From the NCBI GenBank assembly GCA_900315195.1, contig OMYD01000001.1:2338-66337 (forward strand): a stretch of 64,000 bases of DNA, written 5' to 3'. The notes below the pieces were generated by a model. That model had not been told where the DNA came from and made no database searches. It saw nothing but the letters and a program-made list of their open reading frames with translations. This document shows, in pieces, positions 19,192 to 28,641 of the stretch. Position 1 is the first letter of the stretch. The number at the start of each line of letters is the position of its first letter. The translations under genes were made by a program, and so were the position numbers. Source of the stretch: an uncultured Eubacteriales bacterium. Its GTDB lineage: Bacteria > Bacillota > Clostridia > Oscillospirales > Acutalibacteraceae.

Positions 19192-20016
19192 CGGTATCAG
19201 CAAAGACAGCGCCGCATTGAGAGCACCTTGCGCCGCAAGCGTGAGGAAATAGCGCTGCTTGAAAAGGGAGGCGCAAGTGAAGATGATATTCTCGCGGCAA
19301 AGGCGAAGTATCACGCGCTGAGCGACGAGTACGTTAAGTTTTCAAAGGCTATGAACCTTCCTCAGCAGCGCGAGAGAATCAGTGTTGACGGTTTTAAGGG
19401 CGTTGATACAAGTTTTGGGAAACCCGCGGAAATCGAGGATAAAACGGTTGCAAAATCGGATGAAAGTGGTATAATAAAAGAAACAAGTAAAAAGCCGATT
19501 ACTATAATCACTGATAATGCTATTAAAAGTGTTCCGAAAGTTGAAATAAGCGGTTATACCGCTGAGCAATGTGCATTTATTCAAGAGCAACACAAAGAAT
19601 TATTACGGTGTTCGCGAGATGTAAATAATAGTTGTGAGGTTGCCTTTGTTTTTAAAAGCAATTCAAAAAATCCAATCAAATACTTTGGAACAGATAATTC
19701 TATAGACTTTGGCACAGGTTTATTTGGAAATGATATAATCTTATTGCATAATCACCCGAGAAATACCAGTTACTCATATAAAGACTTAGTTCAATTTGTT
19801 GGTAACCGAAGTATAAAAACAATGACTATAGTGAAAAATAATGGCAATGTAGAAACTCTTACTAAGCTTGATGGATTTGACACGAACGCTCAATTATTGC
19901 AGCTATCAAGATTAGAAAGAAAAATGATTATTTCCAAATCCAATGCGGAGTATGAAAAACTAGTTTTAAAGTTTTTAACAAAAAACACGGGAGGCGTTAT
20001 TGAATGGAACAATTAA
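19192..20016 (+). pseudogene. 5'-truncated phage minor capsid protein (MuF-like) with C-terminal JAB-like toxin domain
   Basis: QQRQRRIESTLRRKREEI...EYVKFSKAMNLPQQRERI resembles the end of phage minor capsid domains; E...HNHPRNTSYSYKD is a JAB/MPN-type motif; in-frame stop at 19189-19191, no clear RBS; AT-rich 3' half. Confidence 0.65.
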
Positions 20017-20108
20017 ACTTTTCATTAGATGGTTCAAATGAAGAAGCCTCAAAATTGTTAGAGGAAATGTTAAAACAACTTGAAACAAAAGAAAGTGAAG
20101 CACGTTGA
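20004..20108 (+). CDS. 34-aa acidic peptide, candidate immunity protein
   Basis: GGAGG RBS, ATG overlapping the toxin ORF end; MEQLNFSLDGSNEEASKLLEEMLKQLETKESEAR; followed by AAGCACGTTGA/TCAGCGTGCTTTT hairpin. Confidence 0.5.
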   Translation: MEQLNFSLDGSNEEASKLLEEMLKQLETKESEAR

Positions 20109-20147
20109 TTGTCAGCGTGCTTTTCTTATGCCTGAAAGGAGATAAAA

Positions 20148-20351
20148 ATGGACAACAATAAAAAGCTTCCGCTCGTTGATGATTTAAAAAATATCTTTTT
20201 TGATTTCGAGCATGGAAAAGTTACAATCAACGATTTCGACGTTGGGCATTGCACTGAGTTAAGTGTTATTTACCAAAATAATCATTGGAAAATAACGGCA
20301 GGAATCGGCAATGAATCAATAACCTTAGTCAAAAAGAACTTCAATAACTAA
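20148..20351 (+). CDS. small hypothetical phage-type protein
   Basis: GAAAGGAG RBS, 67 aa, AT-rich, inside the insert. Confidence 0.65.
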   Translation: MDNNKKLPLVDDLKNIFFDFEHGKVTINDFDVGHCTELSVIYQNNHWKITAGIGNESITLVKKNFNN

Positions 20352-20367
20352 AGCGCTATGCAGAAAT

Positions 20368-20447
20368 GCACGGCGCAGTATGAGTATATGAAGCGCTATA
20401 TGAAAAACCTGAACTACATCGCAACCGGAGATGTTGCGGAAATATAA
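20368..20447 (+). repeat. 80-bp direct repeat, copy 2
   Basis: duplicate of 19032-19111 with one C/T difference (TAC vs TAT). Confidence 0.95.
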
Positions 20448-20505
20448 AAGGAGCCGACTCAAAACCGGAGGTTTTGAGCCTAGCCCCTGTTTTCTATCTT
20501 GTATT

Positions 20506-20588
20506 GTAGGGTCAGGTCTTGACCTGACCGCAGGTTAAAAACAAACCTATGGCGCTCAATCTGCGGCACGGTTAAGACCGTGCCCTAC
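20506..20588. repeat. inverted pair of GTAG-type REP sequences (REPIN-like)
   Basis: GTAGGGTCAGGTCTTGACCTGACC on + and GTAGGGCACGGTCTTAACCGTGCC on -, each a GTAG tetramer plus palindrome. Confidence 0.75.
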
Positions 20589-20631
20589 AAAACGTGAGGT
20601 CGTTTTTAAGTATTGAGCCAGCCTAATAGTT

Positions 20632-21582
20632 TTATTCTGCGTGAAGATAAATGGTATCGCCGTTTTTATACGGTGTTTTGACAATGTCGTTATTGACGGT
20701 TTGCAATTCAAACACAAGCTCATCAGCGCTGGTTCTGTGATAATTCCCGCTGAAAAACAAATGGTAATTTGCTCTGGTTTCTCCTTTGTTGAGATAATAG
20801 GCGTGAAATCCTCCGCAGTTATAGTACCCGCCGTTGTCGGAAACCCAATCGTCAAAATCAATGGCAAATGTTTTGCCTGAATCGGAAGCGTCATAATAAT
20901 AGCGCATTAAATCGTTTGTATCGCCCGATGGTCTGAACCGGTGAAATCTCTCGATAGTTTTAAACTCTAAATAACCGTCATCGCTTACCCAAGTTTTTTG
21001 TTCCTCATATGCCTTTTCATCAACATATTTATGATATCGGTTATAGTCCGCGTAAACCGCTTGCTCATATGGAATAAATAACAGATACGGTGCGTTAAGC
21101 AAGGTCAAAACTACAGAAACAATTACTCTTGCTTTTATCTTTTGTTTAGTTGCGCTGAAAATCTGCCGTGAAGTCAACAAGAAATTTCCGACAAAAATCT
21201 GAATTGTGCCGGCAATAAAAAAAGTAAGAGCAACATTGTTTTCAATCATATGAGGATAGACTTTTCCATCATATGTTGCCGATGATCCAAAAGCGCATAA
21301 GAATATAAAATATGCGATAGCACAACTAAGAATTACTACGAAAAAAAGAATTGCTACGGAAATTAAATATGAAACACCTGCGGTTTTAATTATAGCTTTA
21401 ACATCAAACCGCTTGCGGACAATGCAAATCACAATAACGGAAAAAATCAGATTAATAACCAGATTTCCTATAATCGGAACTAATCCTATCGGAGTAAAAA
21501 GCAGTACCGTAAACGCGGGATTGAAATCGTACAGCTTTATACCTTTTTTTGAAATGTGCTTAATACTTCGTTCTCCATCCAT
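20632..21582 (-). CDS. hypothetical membrane protein
   Basis: 316-aa ORF, 4-5 N-terminal TM segments, soluble C-terminus, AT-rich. Confidence 0.65.
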   Translation of the reverse strand: MDGERSIKHISKKGIKLYDFNPAFTVLLFTPIGLVPIIGNLVINLIFSVIVICIVRKRFDVKAIIKTAGVSYLISVAILFFVVILSCAIAYFIFLCAFGSSATYDGKVYPHMIENNVALTFFIAGTIQIFVGNFLLTSRQIFSATKQKIKARVIVSVVLTLLNAPYLLFIPYEQAVYADYNRYHKYVDEKAYEEQKTWVSDDGYLEFKTIERFHRFRPSGDTNDLMRYYYDASDSGKTFAIDFDDWVSDNGGYYNCGGFHAYYLNKGETRANYHLFFSGNYHRTSADELVFELQTVNNDIVKTPYKNGDTIYLHAE

Positions 21583-21670
21583 TCAAAAAAGCACCGCCTG
21601 ACTGTTTCGCTGTGTTTTGTCCTAACGGAATTATTGTTCCGTCCGGCTGTAAGCTTTTTTGGTATCAGTA

Positions 21671-23341
21671 TTATTTATCCGCCTGAAGCGTTATTTCAAT
21701 TTCGTAATTCTTGAGTTCGGTGGGACGGTAGAATTTTAGTTTAACCTTGTCGCCGTCCTTATGTTTCTCAAGGACCTGATAAATCTCGGAGAAGGACGTT
21801 ATTTTGCTGTCGTCAAGGGCGGTAATAATATCGCCTTTAGCTAAGTCAGTCTTATCGCACGGGCCGCCGCTTTGAATTGACTGAACCTGAATACCCTGAG
21901 GGACATCGTAGTACTGAGCTTCGACAGCAGTAATCGGGGTGCCTGAAATTCCGATTTTAACTCTTCCGTCAACATAACTGTTCTTCATCAGACTGTCGAT
22001 AATTTCCTTAAGCTGGGTTGTGGGAATACAGAAACCCATTCCCTCGTACTTTTCGTCAACGATTTTTGCCGACGCAACGCCGATAACCTGACCGTACATA
22101 TTTACGGCGGGGCCGCCCGAGTTGCCCGGATTGATTGCCGCGTCGGTCTGAATATATTTTACAATGCTCTTGCTTGAAGCGTCGCGGTTAATCGCGGATA
22201 CAACGCCCTTTGTCATTGAGTTTTTATACTCTATTCCGCCGGGGTTGCCTATGATAATAATATCTTCTCCCAACTCTATTTTATCTGAGTTTCCGAAGGA
22301 TGCCGCCTTTAAATCCTTAGCGTCAACAAGCTTGAGAAGCGCGATATCCGTGCGCGAGTCAAAGCCCACCACTCCGGCTGTATATTCCTTGTCGTCTGCG
22401 GTAATAACCTTTATTATGTATGCGGTTTTGCTGTTTCCGATAACATGAGAGTTTGTTATAATATAGCCGTCTGATGAAAGAATAATTCCGCTGCCCTGCG
22501 AGTCGGGCGATGAGTCGTTTTCAGTACTTTCCGTATAGCAAAGCACTGAAACAACCGAGCCTGACGCGTGACTGAACGCATATTCCGCGCCGTAGCTTTT
22601 GTTTGAGTCAGCGTCGTCAGGTTTATTGTTAAGCGTCATTCCGCCGTAGTTTTTATCGGTCTTATCGGAAAAATCGCTCTCGTTGTGAACCACGGGCGCG
22701 GTCGTTGACGGAGTGTCGGGGGAAGTGAACGGAATATTCTTATTATTACCCGAACCGCCGTTTTCATTTCCGTCGGAACGGTCCGAAAAGAACGAAAACG
22801 GATTATCGGAATTCTTATCATTTTTATTATTCTTATCTGTCTGATAAATCGAATAACCCACGATTCCAAACAGACTCGTCGCCAGCAAAACCCCTAAAAC
22901 AATAATTACAACAATAAGCGACTTATTTGTTTTAGAGTTTTCGGGTGTGGGCATATTATCAGTCTGAGCAGAAAAAGGAGCCGGCTCCTGTTTAGGCTGA
23001 TATGGCTGAGGCTGAGGAGGATAAAACGGCTGCGGCTGAGCGTAATAATATCCGTGAAACGGCGGCCGGGGCTGAGGCGGCTGTTGCGGCTGAAAGGGCT
23101 CTGGCGCGCCAAAAAAGCTGCTGTCTGTATACACCGCCGTATGTCTTATCGGATTAAAGCCGCTGTCGCCGCTTTGCTCTGCCCGCCTATCCTGATTGAC
23201 AAGCGGCTTTTGAGGCTCAAAGTCAAGCGCTTTCTCGCCGTTAAAAGAGTCCGCGGTTACGGTTTCTTCTTCGGTATTCTGTTTTTCTGTAAGCGGCTTT
23301 TGCGGTTCAAAGCCGTAATAATTATCAAACTGATTGTCCAT
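21671..23341 (-). CDS. htrA: HtrA/DegP-family serine protease with PDZ domain
   Basis: P/Q-rich N-terminus, TM, GSGII, TNSHV, DIAL, TDAAINPGNSGGP, C-terminal PDZ. Confidence 0.92.
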   Translation of the reverse strand: MDNQFDNYYGFEPQKPLTEKQNTEEETVTADSFNGEKALDFEPQKPLVNQDRRAEQSGDSGFNPIRHTAVYTDSSFFGAPEPFQPQQPPQPRPPFHGYYYAQPQPFYPPQPQPYQPKQEPAPFSAQTDNMPTPENSKTNKSLIVVIIVLGVLLATSLFGIVGYSIYQTDKNNKNDKNSDNPFSFFSDRSDGNENGGSGNNKNIPFTSPDTPSTTAPVVHNESDFSDKTDKNYGGMTLNNKPDDADSNKSYGAEYAFSHASGSVVSVLCYTESTENDSSPDSQGSGIILSSDGYIITNSHVIGNSKTAYIIKVITADDKEYTAGVVGFDSRTDIALLKLVDAKDLKAASFGNSDKIELGEDIIIIGNPGGIEYKNSMTKGVVSAINRDASSKSIVKYIQTDAAINPGNSGGPAVNMYGQVIGVASAKIVDEKYEGMGFCIPTTQLKEIIDSLMKNSYVDGRVKIGISGTPITAVEAQYYDVPQGIQVQSIQSGGPCDKTDLAKGDIITALDDSKITSFSEIYQVLEKHKDGDKVKLKFYRPTELKNYEIEITLQADK

Positions 23342-23584
23342 ATAAAAACTCCCAAAGTAAAAGTCTTATTAAGTATTATAACGCCAAATCCATTTAAAAG
23401 CAACCGAAAAAACCGCATGCAATGTGATGATTTACTGAAAATTTCGCTTTATATCACTTTTTTGCAAGTTTTTCCAAAAACTTTTCGAAAAGTCTTTTAA
23501 TCCGCCGTGTTTTATTGTATAATAATATTAAATCGACAGATTGGGACGCTTATCTGTTGAAATATCTTGAAAAGGAAGATGAAT

Positions 23585-24451
23585 ATGCCATTAGTAAACG
23601 CAAAAGAAATGCTTACCAAAGCAAAGGCAGGCCACTATGCTGTAGGCCAGTTCAACATCAACAACCTTGAATGGACAAAGTCCATCCTGCTCACCGCTCA
23701 GGAGCTCAACTCTCCTGTAATTCTCGGTGTTTCCGAGGGCGCAGGCAAATATATGTGCGGCTACAAAACCGTTGTAGGCATGGTTACCGCTATGCTTGAG
23801 GAACTCAACATCACCGTTCCCGTTGCTCTTCACCTTGACCACGGCTCCTACGAAGGCGCTAAGAAGTGCATCGAGGCGGGCTTCAGCTCAATCATGTTCG
23901 ACGGCTCTCACTATCCCATCGACGAGAACGTTGAAAAGACCAAAGAGCTTGTAGCTACCTGCAATGAGCTCGGCCTGTCAATCGAGGCAGAGGTCGGCTC
24001 TATCGGCGGCGAGGAAGACGGCGTTATCGGAGCAGGCGAGTGCGCTGATCCTCAGGAATGCAAAATGGTTGCGGACCTCGGCGTAACAATGCTTGCGGCA
24101 GGTATCGGCAACATCCACGGCAAGTATCCCGAAAACTGGCAGGGCCTCAGCTTTGAAACCCTTGACGCTATCCAGCAGCTCACAGGCGACATGCCCCTCG
24201 TTCTTCACGGCGGCACAGGCATTCCCGCCGACATGATCAAAAAGGCAATCGAGCTCGGCGTTTCAAAAATCAACGTTAATACCGAGTGCCAGCTTGCTTT
24301 CGCTGCTGCTACAAGAAAGTACATCGAAGAAGGCAAGGATTTACAGGGCAAGGGCTTCGACCCCAGAAAGCTCCTCGCTCCCGGCGCAGAAGCTATCAAG
24401 GCAACCGTAAAAGAGAAGATGGAACTCTTCGGTTCGGTAGGCAAGGCTTAA
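23585..24451 (+). CDS. fba: class II fructose-1,6-bisphosphate aldolase
   Basis: HLDHG, MFDGSH, GNIHG, LHGGTG, KINVNTE. Confidence 0.96.
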   Translation: MPLVNAKEMLTKAKAGHYAVGQFNINNLEWTKSILLTAQELNSPVILGVSEGAGKYMCGYKTVVGMVTAMLEELNITVPVALHLDHGSYEGAKKCIEAGFSSIMFDGSHYPIDENVEKTKELVATCNELGLSIEAEVGSIGGEEDGVIGAGECADPQECKMVADLGVTMLAAGIGNIHGKYPENWQGLSFETLDAIQQLTGDMPLVLHGGTGIPADMIKKAIELGVSKINVNTECQLAFAAATRKYIEEGKDLQGKGFDPRKLLAPGAEAIKATVKEKMELFGSVGKA

Positions 24452-24473
24452 TAGTTATTAATCCATACAGCAA

Positions 24474-24503
24474 AGGCTGTCGCATAAGCGGCAGCCTCTT
24501 TTT
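24474..24503 (+). terminator. terminator after fba, bounding the phage-like operon
   Basis: AGGCTGTCGC-ATAA-GCGGCAGCCT followed by T-rich tract. Confidence 0.75.
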
Positions 24504-24522
24504 ATTTATATATCATGTTGCG

Positions 24523-25002
24523 TCAGGTTCTGTAATAAACCTGAACATTCAGATGAACAGGCGCGGCCTGCGCGATTTTGTATCCTATAAGGCTTTTTTC
24601 GCCCTCGTTAAGGTCATCATTTATATATATTGCAATCCTTTGCCTTATAGGAAATTCATCCACTCTGAAATTTGTCAGGCCGCAGTCGCTCAGAAAACGG
24701 TTAAACCCAACCGCAGTTCCGTCACATGTAACGGCTTTTTCCTGATTTATCAAAAGCTCCCTCCTCTTTTCGACCGTAAGCTGCGGCTTAACGCGGTCGA
24801 TAAATTTTTCTCGCTCGCTTAATCCGTAACTCTCGGCGGTGGAAATAAAGCTCTCGCGTGTCATTTCGTCAATCTTGTCAAACAGAGGGTCAAGCGCCGC
24901 GGCGTACGCGTTGAGTTCATTATCCACAACACTGCCCTCGGCAAAGCTGTAAAGCCCCAGGGGAAGCATCTTATTTTTCATTGAATCATAGCTTGACATC
25001 AT
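24523..25002 (-). CDS. baseplate wedge/tail protein (XkdU/YmfQ/DUF2313-like)
   Basis: position after baseplate J; TAESYGLSERE and C-terminal PVHL motif. Confidence 0.65.
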   Translation of the reverse strand: MMSSYDSMKNKMLPLGLYSFAEGSVVDNELNAYAAALDPLFDKIDEMTRESFISTAESYGLSEREKFIDRVKPQLTVEKRRELLINQEKAVTCDGTAVGFNRFLSDCGLTNFRVDEFPIRQRIAIYINDDLNEGEKSLIGYKIAQAAPVHLNVQVYYRT

Positions 25003-26057
25003 ACCACCTGCACCGTTACATCGCCCGTGACAAAAAATGTAGAAGCGGGAATGCTCATATCCGCCATTGACTGGTCAAACACATATGTCTTAATGCAGCC
25101 AGTGTCAAGCAGATATTTGCCCAATTGAGAAAGATATAGCCTTCCGCCCAGCGGAATTGTATTGACATAGTCCTCAAACGCGTCGGTGCACAAGCTGACA
25201 ATTTCTTCATTTGTAAAGCCTTCCATAGCAGTTACATATACATTCATATCATATGACTGACTGACAGCGCGGGCAACAACGGCGTCAACATTCAGTTCCC
25301 GGTTATTGTTGATTAAGGTTTGCGCCTCAACAAGCTGAGCATCTGTGGCATCGCCGTCGGTTCTTGCCACATATACAGTAAGCGTACCCGCGCCTCTCGG
25401 TTTAGCCATTACGCCCGCCTTGGAAATTCCGTCTACTGATTTGACAAGCTCAATATAATAAGCTGCGTTCATACCGTTAGGCATGCATACGTAGCTGTCG
25501 CGGATCCGCTCTCTCAGCGTAGTGTCACTTTCCTCGTCCTCGCCGCCCGTGAACGCGCTCAGGTTGCTTACCAAGTCGATATCCGACGGCACACTTACGG
25601 GCACAACCGCCGAACGCACATTAATATTTCCGCGATAACCCGCAATCTCGGCTTCGGCGGGAACCATGACCGAGTAAGTTTCCGGCTCGATTTGGCTGTC
25701 TTCGGTAGTATAAACTCTGACAGGGGTTTCATCGTCCGTGGAAACAACCGTGCCCATAGGAATCGAAATTGCTGTTGCCCTGGTTTCGTTTACTCTGAAT
25801 TCCAACTGACCCCGCGCCTTTACAGCCGGCTTTCGTGTAAGTCCGCGCTGTTCGGCAAAGCGGTCGAGAAACACTCCCGACGCGGTTGACGGAAACAGCT
25901 GACGCCTCATCCACTCAAGGCTTGTCTGCATATTATATATTTCACCGGCGAGCACCTTCATGCGAATTGCTATGTCACCGCTTTCGTCAAAATCCTCGCC
26001 GCTGTTATTGGTGTAACTGTCTTTCATTCTCTGATAAATCTCGTTATACGTCTCCAA
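24999..26057 (-). CDS. baseplate J/gp47 family protein (XkdT-like)
   Basis: TASGVFLDRFAEQRGLTRKPA, GGEDEESDTTLRERI, PRGAGT; TTG start after GGAGGAGG. Confidence 0.9.
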   Translation of the reverse strand: METYNEIYQRMKDSYTNNSGEDFDESGDIAIRMKVLAGEIYNMQTSLEWMRRQLFPSTASGVFLDRFAEQRGLTRKPAVKARGQLEFRVNETRATAISIPMGTVVSTDDETPVRVYTTEDSQIEPETYSVMVPAEAEIAGYRGNINVRSAVVPVSVPSDIDLVSNLSAFTGGEDEESDTTLRERIRDSYVCMPNGMNAAYYIELVKSVDGISKAGVMAKPRGAGTLTVYVARTDGDATDAQLVEAQTLINNNRELNVDAVVARAVSQSYDMNVYVTAMEGFTNEEIVSLCTDAFEDYVNTIPLGGRLYLSQLGKYLLDTGCIKTYVFDQSMADMSIPASTFFVTGDVTVQVV

Positions 26058-26370
26058 AAAGGCGCACCTCCTCCACACGGCTTTCACCGTTAATTATTAG
26101 TTCTAGTCTTACACTCTCATCTGTAACAGAGAGCACCCTTACGGTTGTTTCGGGATAATCCGCAAGCGCCTCACTGAGCACCAGCTCAATTCGCTCAGCG
26201 TCAGCGGCTGTGTGCCGCGATCCAAGCTCTCTATTGTATACAAAGCTGCCAAGCGGCACCGTAATACAAATCAGCGCGCGCTGAAACAAAGCGTCGGCAC
26301 CGCTTACGATATCGACATTTCCCGCGCTGTCGGCGGCAAGGTCGCCGTCTTTTATTCTCGCGTCAACCAT
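26044..26370 (-). CDS. baseplate wedge initiator (gp46/XkdS/gp25-like)
   Basis: GSFVYNRELGS motif; position between spike and baseplate J. Confidence 0.65.
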   Translation of the reverse strand: MVDARIKDGDLAADSAGNVDIVSGADALFQRALICITVPLGSFVYNRELGSRHTAADAERIELVLSEALADYPETTVRVLSVTDESVRLELIINGESRVEEVRLFGDV

Positions 26371-26707
26371 TCGTGACCTCCCCGCCGTTAATCAATACTC
26401 TACCGTCGTTCTTGAGCACAAGCGACGCGCCTCCCCTGGAGTAAAGCATTATCTCACCTTCCTCAAGTCCGACAGCCTTTGCCAATACGCCTAACCCGAC
26501 TTCTCCGTCGTCAAGCGGAAGTACAACCGCGCGCTCACCGGACGGCGGAACGCTGACAATCCCGTACGGGAAACACATCTCCAGCGACTTATGCTCCTCT
26601 GAGGAAACAACCGCGGTTCCACCCGCGCCGCCTGTATTCAGCTCTCCTTTTGCCGCCGAAGGCGAGGTCATGGAATGATTAGTTATGTAATTCATCAGCC
26701 ACATCAA
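26363..26707 (-). CDS. baseplate spike-like protein (Mu gp45-like)
   Basis: PYGIVSVPPSGERAVV, LEEGEIMLYS..GASLVLKNDG. Confidence 0.7.
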   Translation of the reverse strand: MMWLMNYITNHSMTSPSAAKGELNTGGAGGTAVVSSEEHKSLEMCFPYGIVSVPPSGERAVVLPLDDGEVGLGVLAKAVGLEEGEIMLYSRGGASLVLKNDGRVLINGGEVTNG

Positions 26708-27644
26708 AATTCTCCTTTTCCAATAAAATAACGCTGCTCTCGCCGCGGCTGTCGGCGGAATAGCTGACCTTTCTTACCACAAGACCGTTTACTGTTCCGA
26801 GCGAGCTGTCATACACCGAGGCGGTATTGCCCAGAATCCCGATAAGGCAGCCCTTGCAGCGCAGCTCCAAAGCATAACTGTCCCTATTGCTGTTTTCAAA
26901 CATCTTATCCGCCGTTTTGAGCGTGGTTCTGTCCGCGGCGGCGTTTACATAACGCACACGCGCAACGGATTTTGCCTCGGGATTTGTGTTTTTCATTACC
27001 GAGCTGTAGGTGTTTGCCTGCTGAAATTTCAGCCTGATTTCAGAGAGCAGAGAATGTCTGCGCATGTTCTCTTTAAGCGAGCTATATCTTATACCTTCGC
27101 ACGTATCCGAAAAGGTGACGGTGCCTTTAGCGGGATTGCCTTTAAGATATGCCTTTCCGTCACCCGAAATACGCGGCTCGCTGTTATAGCGGTACCGGCA
27201 GAACCGCTGCAAAACACGCCAGTGCGACATTCCTTTATCAATTTTCAGCATGTCGTAATAAGGGACATAGTCTTTTTCTGAAAGCTCAATTCCAAACGGG
27301 CGCAGATGTCTTTTCTCAATAAGCGAGGCTGTGGGATTAAAATAGGTCACGGGCTCAGCCTCGTTGTCAAGCAGCTTTCCGGCGGGGCTTCTCGCGCTGA
27401 GCTTCAGAATAACCCCTCGCTCCCGCTTAACCGTAACAATGCTGTCAATCTGTCCCGTAAACACAAGCCTGTCCTCATCATACGCCCGCAGACAGTCGGC
27501 GTTTTTTCTGACGGCACTGTCATACGGGCAGGTAATTGTCAGGCTGTCAGCCGGCACTTTCAAATCGCAGTCAAACGAAATTGTAATGACCTTTTCAAGC
27601 GGTATCTCGCGCTTGTCCATGCCGATAAGTTTAAACGTCAGCAC
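26679..27644 (-). CDS. baseplate hub protein (XkdQ/Mu gp44-like)
   Basis: VPADS, VFTGQID, ARSPAGKLLD; follows the LysM protein. Confidence 0.7.
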   Translation of the reverse strand: MLTFKLIGMDKREIPLEKVITISFDCDLKVPADSLTITCPYDSAVRKNADCLRAYDEDRLVFTGQIDSIVTVKRERGVILKLSARSPAGKLLDNEAEPVTYFNPTASLIEKRHLRPFGIELSEKDYVPYYDMLKIDKGMSHWRVLQRFCRYRYNSEPRISGDGKAYLKGNPAKGTVTFSDTCEGIRYSSLKENMRRHSLLSEIRLKFQQANTYSSVMKNTNPEAKSVARVRYVNAAADRTTLKTADKMFENSNRDSYALELRCKGCLIGILGNTASVYDSSLGTVNGLVVRKVSYSADSRGESSVILLEKENFDVADELHN

Positions 27645-28153
27645 AGCGCCACCGCCCTTCCGCCAAGGTTTTCGTCGGGGCGTTTTATGTCCGGATTAAG
27701 CGCTACAAGCCTGTCGATCACAATATCAAAGCGATATGAAACATCCCAAAGAGTTTCGCCGTCTGACGGAGTGTAAACTGCGGGCTTGTCCAACACCTCG
27801 CGCTCCATAACCTCGCGGAAAACAAAGCTGTATGTCAGCACGTCGGGCTTGGGAATCCCCTTGATTTTCAAGCTTTCAAAAACCGCGTGCATCGTTCCAA
27901 GCTTTGGGATCGCCAGCACACCGCTGCCGCCGCTTTTAAACAGCTCAAAAAGCCTTCCAAACTGCTCGGTGCAGTCCTCGCCGTAAAGCTCTCCCTCGCC
28001 TTTAACGAGCATGTTTTTTCGTCCCGTGTTCTGTATGTAAGACCTTCCGTAAGGGGCGTGAAGCTCGTTTACCTGCTTCGCGCATTCAAACGTTATCTCG
28101 CGCGGATTATGGTGCCATTCAACACCCTTAAAACGCATTGGTACAAGACTCAT
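27638..28153 (-). CDS. LysM-domain tail tube initiator-like protein (XkdP-like)
   Basis: C-terminal LysM GETLWDVSYRF...LVALNPDIKRP. Confidence 0.75.
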   Translation of the reverse strand: MSLVPMRFKGVEWHHNPREITFECAKQVNELHAPYGRSYIQNTGRKNMLVKGEGELYGEDCTEQFGRLFELFKSGGSGVLAIPKLGTMHAVFESLKIKGIPKPDVLTYSFVFREVMEREVLDKPAVYTPSDGETLWDVSYRFDIVIDRLVALNPDIKRPDENLGGRAVALC

Positions 28154-28284
28154 CGTGATTTTGCCTCCTCTTCTTCGGGCAGCGCCCTGCTGTAGCGGAT
28201 GCTCTCAAGCTCAAGCTGCTCGCTGAGCGAGTCATAGTTTCCGGCCGTTTCCGCCTCGGCGATCGCAATTAAAGCCTCATTCAC
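28150..28284 (-). CDS. 44-aa protein in the tape-measure position
   Basis: AGGAG RBS, GTG start, MNEALIAIAEAETAGNYDSLSEQLELESIRYSRALPEEEEAKSR; ATGA overlap with next gene; fills the gap exactly. Confidence 0.7.
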   Translation of the reverse strand: MNEALIAIAEAETAGNYDSLSEQLELESIRYSRALPEEEEAKSR

Positions 28285-28639
28285 GCTCAACACTCCTCTC
28301 CTCCGCCTCAACCGTTGCGGAATATTCCACCGCGCCCCCGGGCAATGCCACGCGCACGGATTCTTTTACAACGCAGTTTGTATAGATTTCTGTTTTCGCG
28401 CTGTCGCTTACGGTAATGCTGTGGACGTCATTGTCAAACACGCAGCCGTCTGAACAGCGCATTTTAAATTCAAGCCTGTATTTATGACGCGGAATACTGA
28501 CAACCGGCTTGTCCGTCAGAAACTGATAAATACAGTCCGCGTCATTTATAACCGTTCTTTTAAGATAGGTTACGCCTCCGAGAACGGCGCCGTCCACACG
28601 GATAATAAGGTCGGCGCCGTTTTCAAAATAAAACTCCAA
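28277..28639 (-). CDS. putative tail tube-like protein
   Basis: 120 aa, beta-rich pattern, follows tail-completion gene; GAGGAGG RBS + TTG; function by position only. Confidence 0.5.
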   Translation of the reverse strand: MEFYFENGADLIIRVDGAVLGGVTYLKRTVINDADCIYQFLTDKPVVSIPRHKYRLEFKMRCSDGCVFDNDVHSITVSDSAKTEIYTNCVVKESVRVALPGGAVEYSATVEAEERSVERE

Positions 28640-28641
28640 CC

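Noticed and set aside
19032-20447. DGR template/variable repeat pair
   Set aside because: Only one difference (C/T, synonymous), not adenine-specific, and no reverse transcriptase in the window.
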